In this document: piece after piece, positions 1 through 12,058 of the stretch
Position numbering within the stretch: position 1 is the first letter of the stretch
Layout of the letters: each line of letters starts with the position of its first letter
Source of the DNA: Marsupella aquatica
Lineage: Eukaryota > Plantae > Marchantiophyta
Direction: 5' to 3'
Assembly (NCBI GenBank): GCA_973895155.1
Contig: OZ316892.1
Location: 21,019,619 to 21,083,618 of the forward strand
Length of the DNA: 64,000 nucleotides
Position numbers and translations under genes: made by a program
The notes under the pieces: generated by a model
Database searches by the model: none
What the model was told of the DNA's origin: nothing
Seen by the model: the letters and a program-made list of their open reading frames with translations, nothing else

Positions 1-1545
1 ATAAGGAAACGATCTGCCAACAATGAGAAGGCGGCCGCCCAAGCGCCCAAGAAGGCCAAAGGTGAAGGCGCTCAGTGGAAGTAAGCCCAAAACCACTGTG
101 AGAAATAGGAAGACTGAGCTGTCGATGAAGCCACGGAGATGAGAGCAAAGTACATGGCCCTAAAAGAGAGGCCAAAGTCTCACGAATGGAGACATCAAAC
201 GCTCGGAGGTGTAGATAAAGATCCTCGGTAGGGGGATGTGTCCGAGCCAAATAGGATGCACGAGGGTGGATGCATCTCAACAACAACCCAAATGCTGCCT
301 GAGAGTCTGCTAACTTAGGGAGCATAGGAGTAGGGGCTAAGGCAGCCTGGAGAGCGTCAGCAATGAAAGATGAGCAAAAGGAGGCGGTACCGATTGGGGA
401 GCCAAGGACCCGAAGACCGTCGGCTGGACGTAAGAACCCAGGGGGAAGCGCAAGATCAGAGGGTAACCCAGTTGGACTCCATGCACGACTCTTCACCGGC
501 TGAACCCGTAAACCGAGGCCCAACAAATGGGTGGGAAGGGTGGCGAGGGCAGAAGTAACAGCAACAGGTGGACCAATGATGTGGGTGTCATCTGAAAGGG
601 ATGGGAAGATACACTGGGGGTGGGCCGCGGAGGCTTCCCGTAAAGCAGTGAAATGAGCAATGGCAAAAAGAGGCCCATCCAAAGGGTCACCCTGACGTAT
701 ACCTTCTGTAGAAGAAAGAGTGGTATACACTGTCGTGCGCATACATATCGCTACACAACATACATCGCTTGTCACATACATCCAGACATAGTCACACTGC
801 CACATCACAAACACAAGAGAATGGAATACAAGTGGAACTCATGTCCACACATGTCCAAAACCCACAATAATCTCCACACAATTGGCACAACGATCCCGGT
901 CAACAATACTGCATCGATCCCGCACCGATTCAATCACACACGTATGTCAAGCCAACGCACCTTGCACTACTCAAGGAATCCACGTTACACAAGCGGAGCT
1001 CACAGCCACCATAGCCACTCAAGCTCCTCTCTCTCCAAGGCTCAACATTGAAAGATGACCTTTCAATGCCTCACAAGTGAGAAGTACCCTCTCACACAAA
1101 CCTGACAGAACCTTATCGGCTCATATAGCACACATACCAAACATACGGATCTAGATAGTACGATACACTCTAACACTACCTAGAATGGTGTGACAACACT
1201 CCTGTAGAGGTGTGATGACTATAGAAGAGGGGGGCCTCGAACCCATAAAAACAACGGACAAAGGGGATAAGGGACTGGATGTCTGGATCCGCTGCCCTCA
1301 AAGCACGAAAAATTGCTGCCCGAGAAACCATATTGAAAGCATTGGAGACATCAACCTGGAGGACAACCCAATCAGGGTGGAGGTCCACGGTAGTACGAAT
1401 ACCCGCAATAACTGTCTCACAACCGCCAGGAACGCCCACTGCAAACTGATGTGGAGAGAGATGATCCGATAGTGCAGAGCGATACTGCGATGAAAGTATG
1501 CGAGACACCAGACGAAGAAAAACCTCTCCAATAGCATTCAAGAGG
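1..1545 (-). mobile_element. Degenerate non-LTR retrotransposon RT region (CRE/NeSL-like), interrupted by a ~470 bp insert; runs off the window start
   Basis: ORF 1176-1541 has RT motifs AIGEVFLRLVSR, QFAVGVPGGCE and LQVDVSNAFN. Below the insert the minus strand reads GIRQGDPL (~680-703) and CIFPSLSDDTHIIG (YADD-equivalent, ~570-615). Stops and frameshifts are present. Confidence 0.75.
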
Positions 1546-4500
1546 GTGTAGAAGGGAACCTACATTGAATGCAAGAATAGAACTCCATGCAAGAGCTGCC
1601 ATTGGACTACAGGAGTATCTAGGGGAGTGAAGTGCCTTTGGCAATGTAAGTTGGTTGTAAGCATGAGGGGGTCCCCTTCTACAGCCCCACCCCCCCCCCC
1701 CCCACAACTCACCAAAACAAACACCACAAAATGAAATAAGAGTTGTCTCACATGTGGGCAACCATACCAAAATCAGGCCTAAAGAGGGTAGTTGTTCATT
1801 GCGTTGTTTATATAGGGGCTGGATTTCTCTGCCCTTCCTTGAAAGTCTAGCTATGGAGCCTACAAAAGCCAATTTAAAGTTTCTCCCTGATCGCTTAATG
1901 AAATATTTAAGCTTAGGATTCTTATAACAATGTTTGAATTTTCCCTCAAAGATGGGAAACCCCCAGAAAACACAAGAGATCCGTAGGGAGGACCGCCACC
2001 CAAAGATGCAGCCAAGGAAGAAAACACACTAATCAGGCCAAGAGACAAACAGCCACTTGAGAGTGGTCATCCAAGTGCCCCCCAGCACTCCTTTCTATCC
2101 TTCCTCTCCCTATTCATCCTATGATAGTAAGAGCTTCTCCTATGCTTACTGGGTTGCTCTAGTGTAACGCTATGTTGACCAACCCCAATAAAAGTTGAAC
2201 AAACGAGCTATTCACTTGTGGCCTTGTACATTACTGGGTTTTTTGGTTACTAGATCTGTACATGAGCTGTTGTATAGTGCATTGACTCAATAAAGGATTC
2301 ATTCTAGGGTTCTCCAAGATCTAATGATTAGTATCCAACGGTGCCTATGTCAGGAGATACTGAAAAACCCAGTAACTATTGGGCTTGGTTTTTTTATATA
2401 TATATCATCCTTGCTATATACAGAAAGCTAGAAAGGACAACTCTTTTTAACTCTTTTCAAAGTCACCTTTAAATTTAATTTTGAATTCTCCCTTCTACAA
2501 GATAAAATAACTCACCCTTCATGGATATTACTGTTAGCATCTAATTATTGTTAATGTTTCTAACTATAAGAGAGGAATAGGACTTATCTACACTAATTCA
2601 TGCACGCTAGGGCCAAGGATTTTCATATCAAATCTGGGGCAACCACCTTCTTTCCATTAGGCATAAGGGTTAAAACTGTTTAAAGTACATCCATCAGTGT
2701 AGCAGATATGTTTCTTCACCAAAATAATGTGAGTAACACTAATTGCAATTATGGGTTGAAGAGTGCAATTAAGAGCATCCCCAATAGTGTGCCATTTTGG
2801 CGCTAACCTCCATTGCCAGCCTATAGACACAAACATTTGGGCAAACATATGGAGGGTGACTGTGCAAATGGGAGTAGGAGGCTGCCAGATCTGGCTGGCT
2901 TAATGGTCACCCTGCAAATCTGCCATCAGTCCTTCCCCCTCACCCCATTGTGACCAATGAACACTTGACCAGCATGTATCTGTATCTTGGTGAGACACTG
3001 GTGACACGCAAAAATTAACAAGAGTCAGGACAGAAGAATGTGCCAGAACTCCCGCTTTCAAATCTCTAGTGTCATAACTGACAAAATTCTCATGGTGGAT
3101 CTTAGCGGATCTTAGCGGGAACGCTGGTGAATTTCCAGAGGGATGTAGACCAGGCTGTTTTTTGGGCCTAATGAAGGGGAAAAAATATGCTATTGTAGGT
3201 AGCAATTGAGGTTGTTATTCCATCACTCATCAGTCACCCATATTAGTGAAGCTCAAAAGCCTCTCAGAACTAGAACATTATGTTCGCAATCAGCTTTTTC
3301 CACCTGATGGCCTTGCCACTTCACTTCATGAATCACTTTTTTCTTTCAGCCAACCTTGCCATTCAAGTGAAGTGGATAAGCTTGTTGAGTCACTTTTTCA
3401 CTTGGCAGCCTCATGAGTATGAAAGTTTCACATGAAAATGACTGATGCAACTGCAATTGATAGCTAATACTAATGCCTGATAACCGACAGGTTTGGGACT
3501 CTGCAGCTGCTGGAAATTCTCCAAATTTGTTCCAACTGTTATCCATTTCCTGCAGGATATTCCTATTGTGACCCTGATCAAAACTCAAATTTTGGGCAAA
3601 GTTAACTTGGGGGTTTAGGTTGAGTTGGTCACAACACCTGCCCACTGGTTAACTGAACTTGCTCAAAATGTTGAATATGGTCAATATTTTTTAGGGTGTT
3701 GATGCATATTCTGTTAACAAATGACTCAAGTTCCCGACTTTGATTAGTTTGGTCTTACTAACGTTAGATAACCCTTGATTACATTAGGATAAGATCCGTT
3801 TAGTTTAGACCCACACATCTCAACCCCCCTCGGTGAATAGGTTAGAAGGCAAGCATTATATTTTTCATTCTTCACATGTAGTCTCATATGCTATGGATAC
3901 TTTAGGGATTTTTGCACTGACTCGTGGTGTCTTGTCTCTCTCATATGTTCCGCATTTGCTGTCTAGTCTGAGCCAACAGTGTCGGTCTTGTCTCTCTCAT
4001 ATGTTCCGCATATGTTTCGCATTTGCTGTCTAGTCTGAGCCAACAGTGTCCAACATATGCACGAACCAATTTTTGGTGCAGACACCGATGCACTGATCGA
4101 CCTTGGGAGTTAGCTATGGTTACATTTATCAGGAATTGCAAATTCTCAACCCGCAACACAGCCCGCAGTAGTTGGGTCACCTGGAGAGAACACCTGGTTA
4201 TTAGGCGTCTACTATATCCAAACTTGTGAAGCACGTGCAGATTAGCAGTTCCTCATGTTGTTTCAGGGGGGGCAAACCCCCTCTCACAGTCCACGTCTAC
4301 ACCATCATATTCTATTCTGAAGGATATCGACTCGACCGAGGGGCTCTTTCTCATGAGCTTTCTCTCATCGTAGGCAACCAGTTGTCTTCATCTCGCTCGA
4401 ATAGTGAGAAGCAACCGGAAATGCCACGACCCACAACGTTTAGTATTTCCACGGGTGTTGAGGAGAGGAGAAGGTAGGGAGGCTTTGAGCAATACGGCCG

Positions 4501-6465
4501 CTGGACAATCCTAGACTGCATCTTTACTAAGCATGCATCTTTATTGAGAATGCAGTGTCGATTGCTGTGAAGGCTGAGTTTGAGGTCTCTTTATCAGACA
4601 CTTCCATTCTTTTGGGAGAATTTGTTGGGCCTCACGCCTGATCTTGCTCAGTATTCTATCGTTGTTTCCATTTGTGATGATGATTTTGGTCCACGTCCCT
4701 TCTGCCATGCTTCCATCATTCATATCCAGTTTCAATCCGTTCCAGAGAAAAGTTCGAGAGAAGCCCTGCCTGCAAGAGAATCCTTCTTTGGTCGGTGGAC
4801 AGAATTGAACTCTGAAGTAAGAAGAATCTTAAAACACTGCCAGGTACCTCTAGCTACCGTATCTCAGCACTGTAGCAGGTGTGGCATGTAAACCTCAAAA
4901 GTTCGTTAAAAATAACAGAGAGTGACTCACTCTAATCATCATCAATCCTCTGCCAATTTGTATAGACCTGTCGGTGGAAATCTGCCTACAGCAGCTTTGG
5001 GGTGAGGACCAGAAATCAATTATTCTTCAACGAGGGAATCTCACTCTGCTTCTGGGAGGCAATTGCGTCTCACAGGATGGGCTGAAGACTAAGAAATCAA
5101 TTCTTCAAACGAGGGAATCTGACTCTGATGGTGTAATTTTCTGTCTCCTCGCGCTCTCCTCTTCTGAAACTCTTAATTTAATGAAATTTACTGTTTCAAA
5201 GCAAAAAGGAATGCTTTGTTCGAAGAAAGGCATTCCGCCTGCATGGTGTGTGCAGGTGTCACCATTGTAAATTTGGGGTTGCTTCACTTTAGGACGAAAA
5301 AACTCGATGGAGATTCCTGTACTGCAAATGTGAGCTCGAGCAAATTATTCGGTATTTGACGGAAAGCAATCAAGTCAGCAGTCAAATCAATGATCGAAAA
5401 TCCATCACAAATCCACATGAGACACATACAAGGAACCAAAAGAGGGGTCTGTCAACAGCGCAGTCAACGGAGAACCCTACCCAACATCTGTATTTTCATG
5501 CAATAATCTGGAATTTGGGGAATATCAAATCGGGTCCTTTACTGGGTCCTTTACTGCGTGAAGCCCGGATAGACCTCTAGGTTTGTCAAAATGATACCAT
5601 GGATTTTTTGCAATTCCGATGGACCACATTTTATATACAATGTGATAGCGAATATTCCCAATTAGTCCATCCCAAGTGTATGGTTTCTGTCTAAGGTCCA
5701 TGCATCGTTTTCTAAGTTGCTTCTCTACCATCAGCAGTGCTGGTTCTAAGTCTTTTAAATTCTAATGCGAATCTGTCTCTTTGCCTTCAGTTCGGTTGTG
5801 GAGCTTCCCGATTCGCAAGGTATGGTATCTCTGGTGTTTCCTCAACATTGAGGGTGCCATTTCTTTGCCTTGACCTTGGCATAAACATCTCCTTGACCTT
5901 GGCATAAACATCTCCTTGACCTTGGTAGGGACATTAGGGTGTCTCCAAATGTTACTTGGCTGTCCCTTATACCCTCTCCAAGACCCCAGTCAAAATAGTG
6001 ACAATTACAAGGTCTTCCTGGCCCTGACAGTATTCACAATCTAAATCTTAGGATTTAGGTAATAGATGAGTGGTGGGCACTTGGCTGAATGGCTTTGGGG
6101 TACCTTTCCCCTTGAGGAAGTGCTGGTTGGAAAGGTAGTGGATGGCGGCAAGGCTACTTGTGCCCTACCATATCTGGCCGCATGCCTGTAGAGTACCTGT
6201 TCCCTTGAGGAAGTGCTAGTTGGAAACTGCTGGTAGTGACGGGGTTTTTTGGCTGGCAACATTGATGCTCGTGAGTTAGTCTATTGTATTTCTCTTTCTG
6301 GTTGACTATAAACATATATGTCATCTAAAAACAAGTACAATGATTAACGCAGGCATGTCTGAGTATTAGCTCACTTGACTAGGGACTAACTAGGGACTCT
6401 TAGATCTGGGTGAGCTACCTTGACTAGGGACTCTTAGATTTTGGGTTCAAATGTTGTAACTGGTT

Positions 6466-6602
6466 TTTGTTGCCTCCCTTGCCATGGGGTTCACTGATTT
6501 CCCCTTTAAAAAAATTCATTTTAAATTTTCAATTTGTTGCCTCCCTTGCCATGGGGTTCACTGATTTCCCCTTTAAAAAAATTCAGTTTAAATTTTCAAT
6601 TT
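6466..6602. repeat. 67-bp near-perfect tandem duplication (2 copies)
   Basis: ttgttgcctcccttgccatggggttcactgatttcccctttaaaaaaattca(t/g)tttaaattttcaat occurs twice in tandem. Confidence 0.9.
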
Positions 6603-8776
6603 ATAAAAAAACAAAACCAAGTACAATGAGCAATCAACAATTTTTTATGTTAACTAGGCTTCCCTGCTACATCTAGGCAACCACCTCCTTGCCCACGGGG
6701 ACTAAGAATAATCAGCATCACTCCATGTTTGGAGTTGGGATCAATGCAGAGGGAAACAATAATTTGTTCCAGGAAGTTCTAAATGAAATTTCAAATCAAA
6801 CATTATGGCCCAAATTTTCAGATGCTGTGAAATGTCACTGGGGCTCCTGGGAGTAGTATGCCTGAAGTGTAGTCTTGAATCATATGATAGGGAGATGCTA
6901 TGGCTTGGGGTTGGACGAAATAGTGGCACAAGTTTTTTGAGAGTTCAACATGTAGGTTGGGCAAGTGTAGCAGAAAGAGCTTTCTATGTTCATCTACACA
7001 AAACTTTCTCAAGGCAAAAATAGTGTACCAAAGATCTGCTTTTCATCAAAGCCGAGGTCTCGTAGACTTTGCATGGTCAGGAGTGCAAAGTAGACACGCG
7101 GGCGCTCAGGCTGCACTCATGGGGTTTGAAAGACAGCACTCAACATATCCCCCCCTCCCCCCGCCCCCCCTTGTCTTACGTCCTCCACTTTGCTGCACGG
7201 AAAGGGACGCTCTGATGGACAACAATATGCGCTACTCGAAGGGCCACGTAGCCTAATAGAGATTTTACTTATGACCGCAACATGGATACAATACACACCT
7301 TTTTCAAACTAGAAGAACGAATTAATATACGAGGAATTGCCAGCTTAGCTGAATATCGCGTACTCTAGGGGAAGACTGTTGGACCATCCTCCTTGCTGTT
7401 CATCAGGTTTCTCATTACTTCCACAAGGGACAAGTTCGGGGAATCAGTACAAAGGTCAGGTCCTGAGATAATAGTAATGTTTGGACTCATTCATTTGGAC
7501 GACAGCACAAACTAAGACAGGAAATACCATCGGTTGCAATGGGCTGAGAACAGAAAAAGAACACATGGAGCCGACAACTGAATCAATCTAAAATCAATGT
7601 GAGCGAGAACATCCTCGAAGAACAGAACAAAATTCGGTACAACCGTTGCATTCAGTTGCTGGAGACGAAATTCATATCGGTAAAAAGAATAAATAGCTTT
7701 CTCAGGGAAAAACAAGCAATCTACCATTAAAATTGCTTAGAACCGAAAGTAAACAGTCGACGTAAAAACGCAAGAGCCGTAAACTTTTACTGGCTGCGAC
7801 TCTTTATTCAAAAAATCGACCAGCCATGGAAAATTTCAGGGTCTACCTTGAGGTAATACTCTGAACATTGGCTGTCTTGAATGTATGAATCTGAACAAAA
7901 AATGTCCTAATTGAATTCTGTGGCCTTTGAGGCTGTTCCTTAACATTTCGTAAATTGGGTCTAACTGAGGACCGTTACATGCAGCACTTTGATACATTTC
8001 AGGTCCTAATCTCCTAAAACCATCCAATGGTTGGTAAAAAGACGGAAAACATGATCTCCCTATAGAAACTTTTCGAGGAGCTGCATATCCACAATGCGTG
8101 GAAAGTATGACCGTCTAAAAAGGGAACACCTACTGAAAAAAATTGGAGTTGGTAAAGGCCACAAAGAGCTTCAATCATATCACAGGAGAGTATGGGGAAG
8201 CTCAACCCATGTAAGGTTCCTGTTCTACTTGGGGACAGGATTTACAAAAAGTGACAAAAAGTGACAAAAAGGAAAGAAGAACTACCGATCACACAGTTTG
8301 GGCTTATGTCAACTAACAGTTTTTCCAGGTCACTCTTGTAGTGCGGATGTTTTGGTGATTGAGGGTATCAACAGGTGTTTCTCAAAGGAACTTGTGGATA
8401 TGATTTACCTTGGGAGTATGTCTCGATTTCTATGCTCCAGGTCTTGAATTGAATGGCATCGAGATCCTCTCTACATACAACCACATTCAGGTACTGTCAG
8501 ATCAATCCGTGCTGCCCTCTCGACATGATTCGATACAAAACTTGAAGATAAGATAATTTCAACACACTGACCTTTTGCTGAGCAGAGAATATGGGCAACT
8601 GGGAGAATCCTACATCCCATCTGGAACTCCCAGTCACTTTGGACCCCTTTTCATGTACCTTGATGAACATAGCTCTGAAAATGTGTAGCACAGAAGAAAT
8701 CCTCTTGAAAGAACCCATCAACAGAGGCAGCACCCTTTCACAGCTGCTCTCCAATTCCCACTGAGTCACGTTGTGC

Positions 8777-10981
8777 TCATGACGGCCAGTACTCCTCGTC
8801 CTCATCGTCATCCTCATCTTCAGAACTCATGTCAAGATCATCATATTGCTCGTCATGCCCTCCTTTGGATTTCGACTGGACATTGCTGCGAACAGCAGCT
8901 CGTCTAGTGGCGATGAAGGACCTTTTACGCTTGGCAGACGCCGGAAGATGAACTTTGCCAACAGAACCACCATCACAAAATCCCCCAGCTTCATCACCCC
9001 ACTCCGATTCCGAATCATCCAAGCTTCCATCATAGCACAAACTAGGAGCTGACCCTCTTATGAGCTCCCTGTGCTTCTTTGGAAGAACTGAGCCTGTGCA
9101 AGAGGACAATAATGGTCGCCCACCCTGGTACGCAACAGCCAGCGGTCCCTGAGGTGATTCCGATCCTGCTTTAGGTACCATCGCAGCTCTTTTATCACCA
9201 ATGTAGGGAATCGATCCCATGGCTGGAGCGGAAACAGATGATATCTTTGCTGGCACCAAGCGACCCAAGGAAACGTAACCCTTGTAATCTTCATTGTTGA
9301 GCATGTTCTCCTCAGTTAAAATACCCTTGACATTTGTGGCAACTTCCACTGCTGGCTGGTTGTGAGCTTCTCTCCTGACTGCATCCTCTTCCTCAAACCT
9401 AAGAACTATCTGCTCCAAGTCCTGCAGTCCCTCTCTTACAACAACCGATCGACCTGCCCCACAATTGCATTCGCGTATTTCCTTGGCATGATTGAGACAC
9501 ATGGGTGTCGCGGAACAGCGGCAATTCACAAATGCAAGATAGCACATATGTTTGCACAGGACACACATTACACTGCCATCAAAGCCAGGTGATCTGCAAA
9601 TTATCTGTGCTCCTCGACGTTGAAGAAGCCACCTGACCTGGTGTTGGAACTTCACTAAACGCACGAATGCGACTTTTACGCTGTGTTGACGTCTCCTAGC
9701 GTTATCACTGATATTTGTTGCCTCCTGTCTCCCTTTGGAGGAGACCGATGCAGAGGATGCACCAACACTAATTGCTTCCTTACAAAGTAGCTCCTCATGA
9801 GGTAGGAGAGGAATCCGCTTCAGCAGCTCATAGCGAGCACAAGCAGCAGCTCCAAATGGAAACCAGTCCCCCATGGTGAAGTTAACAGCCTCGCTACAAT
9901 TGAAACCATGACTGAATCCTGCGTGATAGGCGCGAGGAAAGGTTATGATGAATTCACCAGGCGATTGAATAGCCCGATAGCTAGGAACCCCGTGCTCAAT
10001 TAAAAGCTCGGGAGAAAACATGGTTGTCTTGCCAATTAGCAGATCGTAGGCCAGACCTTCGTGTCCAGCAGTCAAGAGCTCTTTATCATATACATAGTCC
10101 TGGACGACTTGCTCAAAATGGGGAGCTGATTGCCCAGGAACTCCATACCATGTCTTCGGAGCACCACTGTGATGATAGTTGATACTAAATAGGTAATGAT
10201 CTTCAACATGCCAAGCAAACATAGCAAATGCCATTCCTATATATAACATGGGTTCCGTGACTCCCGGGATTGCAGTTTCTAAAAGCCGCAACGTGGAATC
10301 GGCAAGATGTGAGAAGTTATTCAGGTTCCATTTGCTCATCCCTAGGATGTCAGTGGGGGATGACGAGAATGCACTCCCTTCGATGTCAGAACCATACTCA
10401 ACATTGATCTTCCCATTATTGAGTTCCTTCCAGAATTCTGCTTCCATAAACTTTGGTGGAAGACATGCTGTGCTGCCGAATCTGCGAGAATAGAACTTGT
10501 TTGCCATCTTCTCATATTCATGAAAGGTATACTGCTGTCCACTTATCAAAAACTTGTGCATATCTGAAGAATCCCAATTGGAAAGCCGCATAGGCTGTAC
10601 TCGAGGTGTGAACCTGAAACCTGATTTCTCTCTAGTAAGGACACATCCAGCAGGGACGGAAGCAACGGAAGGCGAGACAACCTTACAGATACCATACTTT
10701 GAAGCCTCAGGCGATATTTTTTGAATATAGTCTATTGGGTCCTCGAATTCCTTTCTCGTGGGATAATAAACCGGACATGCAGGAAGCTTGTCAGCCCAGC
10801 TCATATCGATGACATTGTGCACTGCCTCCACCTGTGCTTGAACATTTGATCTTTCTGCCTGCATTCGCCTTCGTTGCATTACTAGCTTCACCCTTAAGTT
10901 GTCTGCCTTTAATTGAGATTCTGGAGAAGCACCTTGTCGTAACGCCCAGTATGTCAAACCGTCTCCTCCACTTCTCGCCAT
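8777..10981 (-). CDS. JmjN-JmjC-C5HC2 zinc-finger histone lysine demethylase (plant KDM4/JHDM3 group, JMJ706/JMJ13-like); single coding exon
   Basis: Uninterrupted ORF; first ATG at 10981 (the track starts at an upstream GTG, 11020). JmjN: CPVYYPTRKEFEDPIDYIQKI..GICKVV. JmjC Fe-binding residues: WHVEDH...AYHAGF. C5HC2 finger: CVLCKHMCYLAFVNCRC...CLNH...CNC. Acidic C-terminal tail. Confidence 0.93.
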   Translation of the reverse strand: MARSGGDGLTYWALRQGASPESQLKADNLRVKLVMQRRRMQAERSNVQAQVEAVHNVIDMSWADKLPACPVYYPTRKEFEDPIDYIQKISPEASKYGICKVVSPSVASVPAGCVLTREKSGFRFTPRVQPMRLSNWDSSDMHKFLISGQQYTFHEYEKMANKFYSRRFGSTACLPPKFMEAEFWKELNNGKINVEYGSDIEGSAFSSSPTDILGMSKWNLNNFSHLADSTLRLLETAIPGVTEPMLYIGMAFAMFAWHVEDHYLFSINYHHSGAPKTWYGVPGQSAPHFEQVVQDYVYDKELLTAGHEGLAYDLLIGKTTMFSPELLIEHGVPSYRAIQSPGEFIITFPRAYHAGFSHGFNCSEAVNFTMGDWFPFGAAACARYELLKRIPLLPHEELLCKEAISVGASSASVSSKGRQEATNISDNARRRQHSVKVAFVRLVKFQHQVRWLLQRRGAQIICRSPGFDGSVMCVLCKHMCYLAFVNCRCSATPMCLNHAKEIRECNCGAGRSVVVREGLQDLEQIVLRFEEEDAVRREAHNQPAVEVATNVKGILTEENMLNNEDYKGYVSLGRLVPAKISSVSAPAMGSIPYIGDKRAAMVPKAGSESPQGPLAVAYQGGRPLLSSCTGSVLPKKHRELIRGSAPSLCYDGSLDDSESEWGDEAGGFCDGGSVGKVHLPASAKRKRSFIATRRAAVRSNVQSKSKGGHDEQYDDLDMSSEDEDDDEDEEYWPS

Positions 10982-11300
10982 TTTTCCTCCTTGAGATTCG
11001 TGTGCACCAAGTAAAGGCACGCCTCGGAGCTGAACTCCAGTCAGACCACCCCAACACCCTCTAAAGAGTTTAAATGATCATGTGATGTCTTGTCTTCGTG
11101 CCCTCCAAAACAAAATGGTCAAGATTCGACTCTTCCTTTTAACGGTAATAACATCGGATATAATTCACTGATCTGAAACTGAAAGAACAGTTTATTCGAA
11201 CCAACTACTTGCACACTAGATCATCGACATTGCAGATGATAAATGTGCTGTATTCCAACTCGATCAAACACCCAAATCATCACTTTACCAAGATGAGCCC

Positions 11301-12058
11301 CTGCAAAGACGAAATAGACAAGTTATCAAGTGATGGTCGGACGTAATGTTCTCGCAACAAAGCTCTTACGAAACTCATGTCTCACAAATTATCTTTTCTC
11401 AGCTGGACTCATTCTTCCTTCAAATATTCTACAGTGGTTGCCTCACCAGAAGATTAAATGTAGGAACCCAGTATTACAACTATAGGTTTGACAAAGGGAA
11501 GGACTGAGTTGAGCTATCTACAATTGGCTGGCCAGATATCAAACAGTAGATAGCAGCAAAGGTTCTTCTTAACCGAAATAAGATCGGCGTAAATTTTTTT
11601 CCTAAACAACGATAGATCCAGAGTATTACTCAGCATAATTTTAGAAGGGTTTAATAATCGTGTCTATTTGATACTCCGCTGTGAGCTGGACATGAGTCGC
11701 GTACAGGTCCGTGAAATATTGGAGACACTCAAGTCCGCTGGACTCAATCAAGGTGTCAACTTTATGGCCTTGAAAAGTTATGACATGTGGTCTAGGATAC
11801 TCCTGGATAAGTAAGCACACCAGAGGGAGCGCGTTCGTGCGAACACGGAATGGGAAAGCTACACGTCGCCTGTTCAGTCCAGTCTGCACCTGTCGGCGTG
11901 TATGACTGAGTCGATGTGAATGCTATCAGCGGGACGAAAGAGGAAGTGAACGTAACGAAGGGAAGGGAAGACGAACGGATGGAAAGAGAAACAGGAGAAC
12001 GGGAAGAGAAAACAGAGGAAGGAAGAGGAAGAGCAAGGACGTTTACGACGTGACATAC
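11301..12058 (-). other. Probable 5'-UTR intron of the JmjC gene
   Basis: Minus-strand donor CAG|GTATGT at 12058 followed by a CT-rich tract; acceptor TTTGCAG| at 11301. No coding potential seen. Not confirmed by transcript data. Confidence 0.4.

Noticed and set aside
3760-6300. Possible LTR-element remnant with small tandem duplications
   Set aside because: No paired LTRs, TSD or clear domain motifs could be established.
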